NCBI RefSeq assembly: GCF_036497585.1
Contig: NZ_DASXJD010000196.1
Span: forward strand, 14,235-78,234
Reading direction: 5' to 3'
DNA from: Actinomycetospora sp.
GTDB taxonomy: Bacteria > Actinomycetota > Actinomycetes > Mycobacteriales > Pseudonocardiaceae
DNA length: 64,000 nucleotides
Shown here one piece after another: positions 26,478-34,319 of the stretch. Each line of letters begins with the position of its first letter. Positions within the stretch are counted from its first letter, which is position 1. A model generated the notes under the pieces. It was not told the DNA's origin, did not search any database, and worked only from the letters and a program-made list of their open reading frames with translations. The position numbers were made by a program, and so were the translations under genes.

Positions 26478-28478
26478 GTGTCCACCGGCCTCCGTGAGCC
26501 GACGGTCCTGATCGTCTCGCACCGTCGTGTCGACCTCCTCGACCGGGCCCTGGCCGGGGTCGAGAAGTGGCTGCCCGAGGCCCGCGTCCTGGTGTGGGAC
26601 AACCGTTCGACGGACTCGCCCGCGGTCGCCGAGCTCGCCGCCCGGCGTCCGGACGTGGAGTGGACGCTGTCGGAGTCGAACGTCGGGTACGCGATCGCGG
26701 TCAACCGGCTCATGGCGCGGGTCCCCGACGGCGACGTCCTGCTGCTGGACCCCGACGTCGAGCTGCTGGGGCCGCTGACCCGGGTGCGCGAGGTGCTCGC
26801 CGAGCCCGGCGTCGCCGTCGTCGCCCCCACCGGGGACGGCCTCGCCGACGACGGCGACGAGCCCTGGGACGTGGCCCGCCGCCCGCAGACCGTGCTGCGC
26901 GACCTCGCGGCGGTGGCCGGGCTCGCCCCGGCGCTGCGGGGGAGGCCGGGCGGCGAGCTCTACCGGCGCGCCCCGGAGGAGGTCGACGGCTACCTCACCG
27001 GCGGCTGCCTGCTCGTGGCCCGCGAGGCGTGGGACGCGCTCGGCGAGCTCGACGACTGGTTCTTCGACGGCGGCGAGGACGCGGCCTGGCAGCGCCTGGC
27101 CCGCGAGCACGGGTGGTCGCTGCGGCTGGTCGACGACGACGGCCCGCAGGTCCGCCGCACGCCCGCGCGCGGCGACGACCCCTGGGCGGCGCGGAACGAG
27201 GACCTCCGCCGCGCGGCCCGGGCCCTCGTCCTGGGTACCGGGGCCGATCACGGTCCCGGCGGCAACGGCGGCCGCGGCCGGGTGTTCTCGGCCGCCGCGC
27301 TGGTCCTCGACCGGGTGCAGCCCTCGCAGCGCGCGCGGCGACGCGAGCGCCGGACCGTGGAGGCCCGCCGGTCCGGCGGGCGCCCGACCATCGTGATCGC
27401 CACGAACGGCGTCGCGCTCGGCGGCGCGGAACGCCAGCGCGTCCAGCTCGCGAACGAGCTCGTCGCGCGCGGCCACCCCGTCGTCGTCGTGTGCATGCAG
27501 CACCTCGGGATCCTCCTGGGCGAGCTCGACCCCCGGGTCCGTCTGGTGTTCCAGCCCTGGTGGCAGCCGGTGGTCGACGTCGGCACCGAGGACGCGATCG
27601 TCATCGCCGGCGGCACCCGCACCGAGATCGGGTTCGCACTCGGGTGGCGGGCCCAGGCCCGCGTCGCCGGGGGACGGCGCTGGTGGCTGCCCGCGCTGCA
27701 CGATCCGGCCGAGCCCGACCACCCCACCTTCTCCGAGGTCCAGGCCCGGGCGCTGCGCAGCGCCGACGGGATGCTCGTCCTCTCCGCGCAGCACCACCGC
27801 GACCTGACCCGCCACCAGCGCCTGCACGACACCGTCATGGTCGCGCCGAACGGCGTCCCGGCGGCCGAGCCGCTGCCGTTCCGCGCCGACCCGGCGGGCC
27901 CGCTGCGCTTCGGGATGCTGTCGCGGATCAAGGAGTACAAGAACCCGATGCTGCTGGTCCACGCGCTCGACGCGCTGGGCGCGGACCGGCGGCGGGAGTG
28001 GACGCTGGACATCTTCGGCGAGGGCCCCGACCGGGAGCGGCTCACCGCGGAGTCGCCGGCGCACCTGCGCGACCGGGTCTGGTGGCGGGGCCCGTCCCCG
28101 GGGCCGGACCACGCGTTCGCCGAGTTCGACGTGCTGTGCGTGCCGAGCGGGTTCGAGGCGTTCCCGCTGGCGATCGTCGAGGCCCTCACCCGCGGGATGC
28201 CGGTCATGGCCTCGGCCAGCGGCAGCGTCGCCGAGATGCTCGACCACGGTCGGGCCGGCGTCGTCGTCGAACCGGTCACCCGCGAGGCCTGGGCCGCCGC
28301 GCTCGACGGCGTGCTGGCCGACCGGAACCGCGTCGCCGCCCTCGGCGAGGCCGGTCGGCGCTGGGGGCTGGAGAACTACACGGTCTCGGCGATGACCGAC
28401 GCCTACCAGCGGGCGTTCGCGCGGGTGCTGGGCCGGCCGATCCCCGGCGGCCCGGAGGGCGACGCCGCGGTGCTGTGA
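26478..28478 (+). CDS. bifunctional glycosyltransferase (N-terminal GT2, C-terminal GT4/GT1-type)
   Basis: GT2 part: VLIVSHRRVDLLDRAL...VWDNRSTD...LLLDPDVEL. GT4 part: IVIATNGVALGGAERQRV...FGEGPDRERL...PSGFEAFPLAIVEALTRGMPVMAS. GGGAGGAG lies 9 nt before GTG 26478. Confidence 0.85.
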   Translation: MSTGLREPTVLIVSHRRVDLLDRALAGVEKWLPEARVLVWDNRSTDSPAVAELAARRPDVEWTLSESNVGYAIAVNRLMARVPDGDVLLLDPDVELLGPLTRVREVLAEPGVAVVAPTGDGLADDGDEPWDVARRPQTVLRDLAAVAGLAPALRGRPGGELYRRAPEEVDGYLTGGCLLVAREAWDALGELDDWFFDGGEDAAWQRLAREHGWSLRLVDDDGPQVRRTPARGDDPWAARNEDLRRAARALVLGTGADHGPGGNGGRGRVFSAAALVLDRVQPSQRARRRERRTVEARRSGGRPTIVIATNGVALGGAERQRVQLANELVARGHPVVVVCMQHLGILLGELDPRVRLVFQPWWQPVVDVGTEDAIVIAGGTRTEIGFALGWRAQARVAGGRRWWLPALHDPAEPDHPTFSEVQARALRSADGMLVLSAQHHRDLTRHQRLHDTVMVAPNGVPAAEPLPFRADPAGPLRFGMLSRIKEYKNPMLLVHALDALGADRRREWTLDIFGEGPDRERLTAESPAHLRDRVWWRGPSPGPDHAFAEFDVLCVPSGFEAFPLAIVEALTRGMPVMASASGSVAEMLDHGRAGVVVEPVTREAWAAALDGVLADRNRVAALGEAGRRWGLENYTVSAMTDAYQRAFARVLGRPIPGGPEGDAAVL

Positions 28479-28511
28479 TCCCGCGAGGAGGATGTCGGCG
28501 AGTCGCCCTCG

Positions 28512-28595
28512 TCCTCCCCGATGGATGGTCTCGACCGGGCAGATGGGCTCGCAGGCGCCGCAGTCGATGCGCGCCGCGGGATGGATGTCGAGCAT
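28512..28595 (-). pseudogene. ferredoxin remnant (second-cluster half only)
   Basis: MLDIHPAARIDCGACEPICPVETIHRGG matches the ...[25 protein letters not shown]... half of actinobacterial FdxA-type ferredoxins. The N-terminal cluster motif is missing, and the frame then runs antisense into the GT gene. Confidence 0.45.
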
Positions 28596-28762
28596 TCGCA
28601 GCCCTCGAGGCGCCGACGATGACGACCCGCGGGGGCGGCCGCACCGTCCTTCGGGGCCCAGCCCTGCCGTGCCGCTTCGCGTGCCGGGGTCCGTGGCGGG
28701 GGCGGACACGCCGCGGAGGATCGAGCGGCAGACGGTCCCGTCCCAGTCTGCGAGGTTCCCCC

Positions 28763-29608
28763 ATGACCAGCACGTCGCGCCCCGTCACCCTTCCGTCCGG
28801 AGAGGCCATCCCCGCAATGGGTCAGGGCACGTGGCACCTGGCCGAGAGGCCGGCTCGCCGATCCGACGAGATCGCCGCGCTCCGACTGGGGCTCGACCTC
28901 GGGCTGACCCTTGTCGACACCGCCGAGATGTACGCCGACGGGGCGACTGAAGTGCTGGTGGGCGAGGCGATCGCAGGCCGTCGTGATGAGGTGTTCCTCG
29001 TCGACAAGGTGCTTCCGCACCACGCGACGCGCACCGGCACGGTCCGGGCCTGCCAGGCCAGCCTCGCGAGGCTGGCCGTCGACCACATCGATCTCTACCT
29101 GCTGCACTGGCGCGGCCAGGTCGCGCTGGCCGAGACCGTCGCGGGCTTCGCCGATCTGCAGGCAGCAGGGCTGATCCGCTACTGGGGGGTGAGCAACCTC
29201 GACGTCGACGACCTGATCGACCTGGCCGCCGTGCCGGGCGGGGACCAGGCGCAGACCGACCAGGTTCTCTTCAACCTGGTCCGTCGCGGAGCGGAGTACG
29301 CCCTGCTGCCGTGGCTCTCCGCCCACGGCATTCCCGCGATGGCGTACTCGCCGATCGAGCAGGGCCGTCTGCTGCGCCACCCCGTGCTCACCGAGGTCGC
29401 GCAGCGCCACTCCGCCACGGCCGCCCAGATCGCATTGGCGTGGGTACTGGCCCACGACGGTGTCAGCGCCATCCCGCGCACCGGAAGACCCGAGCACGTG
29501 CGGGCCAACGCCGAGGCGCGGGGGATCGGTCTCGGCCGCGATGACCTCTACCTGCTCGACCAGGCGTTCCCGCCGCCGGTCCAGCCGCGCAGGCTGGAGG
29601 CACTCTGA
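28763..29608 (+). CDS. aldo/keto reductase
   Basis: ATG 28763. Translation GQGTWHL..., LVDTAEMYADG, DLYLLHW, YSPIEQG, IPRTGRPEHV. Confidence 0.9.
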   Translation: MTSTSRPVTLPSGEAIPAMGQGTWHLAERPARRSDEIAALRLGLDLGLTLVDTAEMYADGATEVLVGEAIAGRRDEVFLVDKVLPHHATRTGTVRACQASLARLAVDHIDLYLLHWRGQVALAETVAGFADLQAAGLIRYWGVSNLDVDDLIDLAAVPGGDQAQTDQVLFNLVRRGAEYALLPWLSAHGIPAMAYSPIEQGRLLRHPVLTEVAQRHSATAAQIALAWVLAHDGVSAIPRTGRPEHVRANAEARGIGLGRDDLYLLDQAFPPPVQPRRLEAL

Positions 29609-29742
29609 CGGCAACCCGGCGATCACGCCGAACAACCGCGACGAACGGATTCGATCCCGACCCGTGCCCCTGGAACCCCAGGAGATCGCCGTCGTGGCGC
29701 CCGGCCGCGGCGGGTGTGGGCGGCGGCTGCGCCGTCGGGTCG

Positions 29743-29779
29743 AGTCCGGTCCGTCGATTTCAGCCCCTCGGACCGGACT
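29743..29779 (+). terminator. hairpin downstream of the aldo/keto reductase gene
   Basis: Perfect 11-bp arms AGTCCGGTCCG (29743-29753) and CGGACCGGACT (29769-29779) with a 15-nt loop. No T-tract. Confidence 0.35.
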
Positions 29780-29788
29780 GCCACGCGG

Positions 29789-29813
29789 TTGACACGGCCG
29801 AGACTGGAGTCCC
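29789..29813 (+). promoter_or_regulatory. TTGACA -35-like hexamer followed by a DosR/DevR-like box
   Basis: TTGACA at 29789-29794. GAGACTGGAGTCCC at 29800-29813 fits GGGAC-N4-GTCCC with one arm mismatch. It lies 20 nt before ATG 29834. Confidence 0.25.
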
Positions 29814-29833
29814 AGACGTCAGCGGGAGGGCGC

Positions 29834-30001
29834 ATGACCACGACCTCGAAGCCCGCGGCCGCTCCGCCACCCGGGCTGCACCAGCACGGCCACGAACTGC
29901 AGGCCTTCGGCAGGGTGCGGCGGACCGGGGAGACGACGGCGTGGCTCGTCGCCGAGCACCTGGTCGACACCGCCCTGGTCCGAGCCGACGACGGGCGCTG
30001 A
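29834..30001 (+). CDS. small hypothetical protein (55 aa) immediately upstream of zwf
   Basis: GGGAGGG SD before ATG 29834. Translation MTTTSKPAAAPPPGLHQHGHELQAFGRVRRTGETTAWLVAEHLVDTALVRADDGR. Stop is 3 nt before the zwf start. Confidence 0.3.
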   Translation: MTTTSKPAAAPPPGLHQHGHELQAFGRVRRTGETTAWLVAEHLVDTALVRADDGR

Positions 30002-30004
30002 CCT

Positions 30005-31468
30005 GTGGTCGATCCGTGTATGCCCGGCCCGCACGTCCTGGTCGTGCTCGGGGCGACGGGCGACCTGGCGCGGCGCAAGCTCTTCCCCGCGCTCTATCGC
30101 CTCTACCAGCTAGACCTGCTCCCGCGCGGCTTCCGCATGGTGTGCTCGGGGCGCACCGAGCCGGACACGACGGGTGCGTTCCTCGAATTGGTGCGCGTGG
30201 CGATCGAGCGGCGCCATGGCCCGGTCGACCCGCAGGTGTGGTTGGGCTTCGATCGGCGGATCACGTTCGTCACCCTGTCCGACGACCGGGGCGCGGCGCT
30301 CGAGAAGGCCGTTGCCTTCGCAGCCGCTGCACTCGGCCCGAACGCCGAGCGCTGCTACTACCTCGCAGTACCGCCGGCGGCGACGGAGTCCGTCGTTCGC
30401 ATGCTCGGATCCTTCACGGCGGGCCGACCGACGAAGATCGTTCTGGAGAAGCCGTTCGGCCGCGACCTGGCCTCGGCCCGGCGGTTGAACGCCGTCCTGC
30501 ACGCGGTCGTCGATGAGCGGCACATCTACCGGATCGACCACTTCCTGGGTAAGGAGGCGGTGCAGAACATCCTGGCCCTCCGCTTCGCCAACGGGCTCTT
30601 CGAGCCGGTCTGGAACCACCGGCACGTGTGCTACGTGCAGATCGACGTGCCCGAGGAGATCGACATCCAGGGCCGGGCGGAGTTCATGGAGTCGACGGGG
30701 ACGCTACGCGACATGATCTCGACGCACCTGTTCCAGCTGCTCGGATTGGTGGCCATCGAGCCCCCGTCGCGCATGGACGGCGACTCCCTCAACCACGAGA
30801 TGACGAAGGTCTTCCGCGCTATCCGCCCCGTGGACCCGGACCGCGTGGTCTACGGCCAGTACGAGGGCTACCGCGACGAGCCGGGTGTGGACCGGGCGTC
30901 GGTCGTGGAGACCTTCGTCGCGATGGAGGTCTACGTCGACGACTGGACCTGGATCGGTGTGCCGTTCCACCTGCGGACCGGCAAGGCGCTCGCCGAAGGC
31001 AGGCGCACCATCACGATCGGCTTCCGCGAGCCACCGCTCAAGGTCTTCCCCGGCGACGTCGACGACACCTGCAACGAGCTGGTGATCGAGCTGAGCGAGG
31101 ACCCGCGGATCTTCGCCGACGTCCGGTCCAAGGTCCCCGGTCCCGACTTCCGGCTGGCCCGCGCCCGGATGCGACTCGACCTCCTGGAGTCCTTCCCCCA
31201 GGCCGAGCCGCTCGAGGCCTACGAGCGGCTGCTGCTCGACGTCCTACGCGGCGACACCACCCTGTTCCTGCACACGGAGGCGACGGAGCTGCTCTGGGGG
31301 CTGTTCGACCCGCTGCTTCGCCATCCGCCGAAGACGATCCCCTACCCACGGCATTCGTGGGGTCCCACCGAGGCATTGCGCCTCCCCGGCCGGCGCGGCT
31401 GGCGGTTGCCGGAGACGGACGCCGAGACGGACGGGGAAACCGACGCGAAGGGCGACGGCGGAGGCTGA
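30005..31468 (+). CDS. zwf: glucose-6-phosphate dehydrogenase (stand-alone paralogue, no opcA/pgl nearby)
   Basis: GATGDLARRKLFPALY, EKPFG, RIDHFLGKE, and a C-terminal acidic repeat tail ETDAETDGETDAKGDGGG. Start is 30005 (GTG) or ATG 30020. Confidence 0.9.
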   Translation: MVDPCMPGPHVLVVLGATGDLARRKLFPALYRLYQLDLLPRGFRMVCSGRTEPDTTGAFLELVRVAIERRHGPVDPQVWLGFDRRITFVTLSDDRGAALEKAVAFAAAALGPNAERCYYLAVPPAATESVVRMLGSFTAGRPTKIVLEKPFGRDLASARRLNAVLHAVVDERHIYRIDHFLGKEAVQNILALRFANGLFEPVWNHRHVCYVQIDVPEEIDIQGRAEFMESTGTLRDMISTHLFQLLGLVAIEPPSRMDGDSLNHEMTKVFRAIRPVDPDRVVYGQYEGYRDEPGVDRASVVETFVAMEVYVDDWTWIGVPFHLRTGKALAEGRRTITIGFREPPLKVFPGDVDDTCNELVIELSEDPRIFADVRSKVPGPDFRLARARMRLDLLESFPQAEPLEAYERLLLDVLRGDTTLFLHTEATELLWGLFDPLLRHPPKTIPYPRHSWGPTEALRLPGRRGWRLPETDAETDGETDAKGDGGG

Positions 31469-31717
31469 CCTCGCCCGCGACGGGCACGCGGTCGTGAAGG
31501 ACCGCCTCGCGCAGCGCCTGGTCGTCCTGCGTCGCCCCTCCGAAGCCTTCGAGAGGCCGGGCCCATCCCGGTGGGGCCGTGCCGGTTCAGCGGTGTCCGC
31601 CACGACGGGCGATCGTCGACGCGGCATCACCGTGCCCTCGGGGACCGAGCGGTGGCGGGTCGATTCACGCTGCGAAGCCGAAGCAGAAGGAGGTGCCGGC
31701 GGGCGAGCGTGGCCACC

Positions 31718-31924
31718 ATGACGTCTTCGAACCGGGCGGACCCGTGTCCCTCGCCGCTCGAGTCCAACGATCTGTCGGACGGTCGCGCCGTCCACCTCAG
31801 CGGCGGGATGGACATGCTCACAGCGCCCTACCGGTGGCAGGTGCAAATCTTCATCGTGATCGCCGTGGCGGGCGTGGTGTTCCTCGTCCAGCTCCTGCGC
31901 AGGCGGGCGGCAGGGCATGAATGA
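31718..31924 (+). CDS. small single-pass membrane protein (68 aa)
   Basis: ATG 31718. TM helix QVQIFIVIAVAGVVFLVQLL. 8-bp overlap with the next gene. Start is uncertain. Confidence 0.35.
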   Translation: MTSSNRADPCPSPLESNDLSDGRAVHLSGGMDMLTAPYRWQVQIFIVIAVAGVVFLVQLLRRRAAGHE

Positions 31925-32558
31925 GGTTCCGAGTACGGCCTTCGATCTCGATCCGGATCTGGTGGCGGCATTCCGCGCGGGCAAGCTCGACGTCGAGGAG
32001 TGCGCGCGCTTGGCCGACCAGGTCTCCCGCGTGCTGCCCTTCAGTCGCGAACTGCCGAACCCACTCGCAACGAGCCTGGTCCGCGTGGCCGAGCGCGTCG
32101 GTGGGGACGAGGCGCTGCTGCGGTGGCTGGACGGCTTTCCCGGACGGCCACGGCTCACCGCGCGGCTGTTCTGGGTGATCGGTGTACTCGACCGGTACTC
32201 GGCAGCGGACGGCGTCCTCGGGGCGCTCGGCGAGCTGCGAGCCCGCGACCCGTTCCCGCACGGGCTCGAGGGGCACCTCGTGCCGGACACCGCGTCGTAC
32301 ACGTTGGCGAGCCTCGGTGAGGAGATCGAGGAACTGCTCGGGCGGGACCGGCTCGCGGACGCCGGGAACCTGGCGCTCCGGGCATTGGCGCTGTTGTCGG
32401 ACATCGCGCCGCGGGCGGCCGAGCTGGATCGGCACGCGGCAGACCTCGGGCCCACGGTCCGCAGCCTGTGCGACAGACTCCGTCCGCTCGTCGAGCCTGA
32501 CCGGCCCGTGGGGACGGTGACGCCGAATCACCTCGATGACGGAGGGCATGCGGGGTGA
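31917..32558 (+). CDS. hypothetical helical protein (213 aa)
   Basis: Clean high-GC3 coding signature over the full length. No motif that I recognise. Confidence 0.6.
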   Translation: MNEVPSTAFDLDPDLVAAFRAGKLDVEECARLADQVSRVLPFSRELPNPLATSLVRVAERVGGDEALLRWLDGFPGRPRLTARLFWVIGVLDRYSAADGVLGALGELRARDPFPHGLEGHLVPDTASYTLASLGEEIEELLGRDRLADAGNLALRALALLSDIAPRAAELDRHAADLGPTVRSLCDRLRPLVEPDRPVGTVTPNHLDDGGHAG

Positions 32559-32691
32559 GGCGCAGCCGTGGGAACGAAGCCCGGCACGACGAGAAGGCGC
32601 AGTCGGCAGTTCGACGCCGAGTGGTCCGTGAACGACTCGTACATCCGCCCGACCCGCCGCCCCCCACGGAGGCGATCATGCTTGTAGCCGT

Positions 32692-33156
32692 GTGCAGATG
32701 ACCAGCCACGACGAGCGGCATGCGCTCCTGGACGAGCTGGACCTCCTACGGGCCCGCCGGGCGGAGCTGGAGGCGAGCTTCGCCGCCGACGACCATCCGC
32801 ACGACATGGGTGAGCAGTCCGAGGCGACCCTGCGCCGAGACGAGCTGACCTGGATCGACGGCAGAATCCGCGACATCAAGCACCTGCTCGAGGCCGCGGC
32901 TCGGACAGGCAACGGCCTGCCAGGCCGGGTCTGCGTCGGCAGCGTGGTGGCGCTCCGCTACCCGGACGGGCAATCCGAGCGCCTCAAGGTCACCCGCGTC
33001 CCGGACGGCGACTTCCCCACCGTCACACCCGAGAGCCCACTCGGGCGCGCGCTCCTCGGCGCCGGCGTCGGCGACGAGATCGAGTGGGCGGCGCCGGAGG
33101 GTCGGTTGCACGCCCGCGTGGAGAGCATCGACTCCGACGTCGACGGGGAGCGGTGA
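32692..33156 (+). CDS. GreA/GreB-family (Rnk/Gfh-like) transcription factor
   Basis: N-terminal coiled coil (LLDELDLLRARRAELE...) and a C-terminal GreA-type domain (VGSVVALRYPDG...VTPESPLGRALLGAGVGDEIEW). Start is GTG 32692 or ATG 32698. Confidence 0.7.
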   Translation: MQMTSHDERHALLDELDLLRARRAELEASFAADDHPHDMGEQSEATLRRDELTWIDGRIRDIKHLLEAAARTGNGLPGRVCVGSVVALRYPDGQSERLKVTRVPDGDFPTVTPESPLGRALLGAGVGDEIEWAAPEGRLHARVESIDSDVDGER

Positions 33157-33364
33157 TGGATCGACAACATCCTGCACGGCCTGGGCACCGGCATCAGCCC
33201 GGAGTGGCAACTGCGGGCGGCAGCGTCGGCTTCGCGGGACAGGCCGGGCCCGCCTGGTGCCGCCGAGCAGCACCCGATCCACCCGACGGGCCGAGCCCGT
33301 GGCGGCGAATCGCTGCTCGCGGGCCGGTCCGGATCGCCGGCGGGCTTGCCAGGGTGGACCCGGA

Positions 33365-33384
33365 GGTGGGCGGCACCGCCCACC
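33365..33384 (+). promoter_or_regulatory. perfect 9-2-9 palindrome in the leader of Hsp20 copy 1
   Basis: GGTGGGCGG CA CCGCCCACC. It lies 13 nt upstream of the AAGGAGG SD (33398-33404) and 25 nt upstream of GTG 33409. Confidence 0.4.
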
Positions 33385-33408
33385 GTCGGCCTGGATCAAG
33401 GAGGACAC

Positions 33409-33849
33409 GTGACCCTGATGCGCTTTGACCCGTTCCGCCAGTTCGAGCAGATCATGGACCAGAGCTCCGCCGGAACGCGGACACCGAGGACGGTGCCGAT
33501 GACCGCACTGCGCCGGGGCGACACCGTCATCGTCGATCTCGACCTGCCGGGGGTGTTCGAGGACGACGTCGAGCTGACCGTCGAGCGGAATGTCGTCACC
33601 GTCCGGGCCCGCCGCGCACCTGCTCGCCAGGAGGGCGACGAAGTGATCATCGATGAGCGGCCGTCCGGCGAGTTCACCCGACAGCTGTTCCTGGGAGACA
33701 ACCTCGACGCAGGCCGGATGACGCCGGACCTGCGCGACGGTGTGTTGCGGCTGACCATTCCGGTCAGCGAAGAGAGCAAGCCGCGTCGGATTCCACTGGG
33801 CTCGTCCCGCGACAAGGGGCCTGCGGAGACCTCCACCTCTTCCGGCTGA
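33409..33849 (+). CDS. Hsp20/alpha-crystallin family small heat-shock protein (copy 1)
   Basis: GTG 33409 after AAGGAGG. Translation VTLMRFDPFRQFEQI...VIVDLDLPGV...GEFTRQLFLGDNLD...DGVLRLTIPV. Confidence 0.9.
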   Translation: MTLMRFDPFRQFEQIMDQSSAGTRTPRTVPMTALRRGDTVIVDLDLPGVFEDDVELTVERNVVTVRARRAPARQEGDEVIIDERPSGEFTRQLFLGDNLDAGRMTPDLRDGVLRLTIPVSEESKPRRIPLGSSRDKGPAETSTSSG

Positions 33850-33874
33850 AGGCGCCGAACAGGAAGGAATCGTG

Positions 33875-34045
33875 ATGACTGCTCAGCCCGACGTCCAGAC
33901 GAAGGAGCGCGACCTGCTCGCGCGATGCATCGCCGAGGCGTACGAGACGCTGGATCTCATTCCCGGCGTGAATCCGAACGGTCCTGCTCTGGTCTGGCTG
34001 GCCGAGCAGTACCGGCAGCTTCGTGTCGAGACACCGGACGGCTGA
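33875..34045 (+). CDS. small hypothetical protein (56 aa)
   Basis: GGAAGGA SD, then ATG 33875. Translation MTAQPDVQTKERDLLARCIAEAYETLDLIPGVNPNGPALVWLAEQYRQLRVETPDG. GC3 about 77% by hand count. Followed by a strong hairpin. Below the ORF-track size cut-off. Confidence 0.45.
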   Translation: MTAQPDVQTKERDLLARCIAEAYETLDLIPGVNPNGPALVWLAEQYRQLRVETPDG

Positions 34046-34066
34046 CCCTCCTCGACCTACCGCACG

Positions 34067-34107
34067 CCGAACGGCCCCGCGTCGATGACCGGCGCGGGGC
34101 CGTTCGG
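34067..34107. terminator. strong hairpin (15-bp perfect stem)
   Basis: CCGAACGGCCCCGCG (34067-34081), an 11-nt loop, then CGCGGGGCCGTTCGG (34093-34107). Confidence 0.5.
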
Positions 34108-34319
34108 GTCCAGCCGCCCGCGTGATCAGTACCTGGCTCGCCACCGGAGCACCCGCTCCCTCGCCGTGCCCTTCGCATGACCCCGGCGGCGCTGTGGCGT
34201 ACCTCGACCGCCATCACGGCAAGCCGTGCGGCCGGGGTTGGGCCCGCCAGGTCGAGGCGCCGAAACGCTGCGGGCGGCACCCTCGTGGGCATGCCATTCC
34301 CCGCTGCCCGCTCCAGACG

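Noticed and set aside
26352-28709. 785-aa minus-strand ORF
   Set aside because: It is antisense to the GT2-GT4 gene. Only its first 28 codons or so after the internal Met (28512-28595) carry a ferredoxin-like motif, which is reported separately as a remnant.
29609-29742. GGATTCGATCCCGAC segment as a possible tRNA fragment or att site marking the left island border
   Set aside because: It has no complementary T-stem and no similarity to the tRNA-Leu(GAG) 3' end. I cannot support it as an attachment-site repeat.
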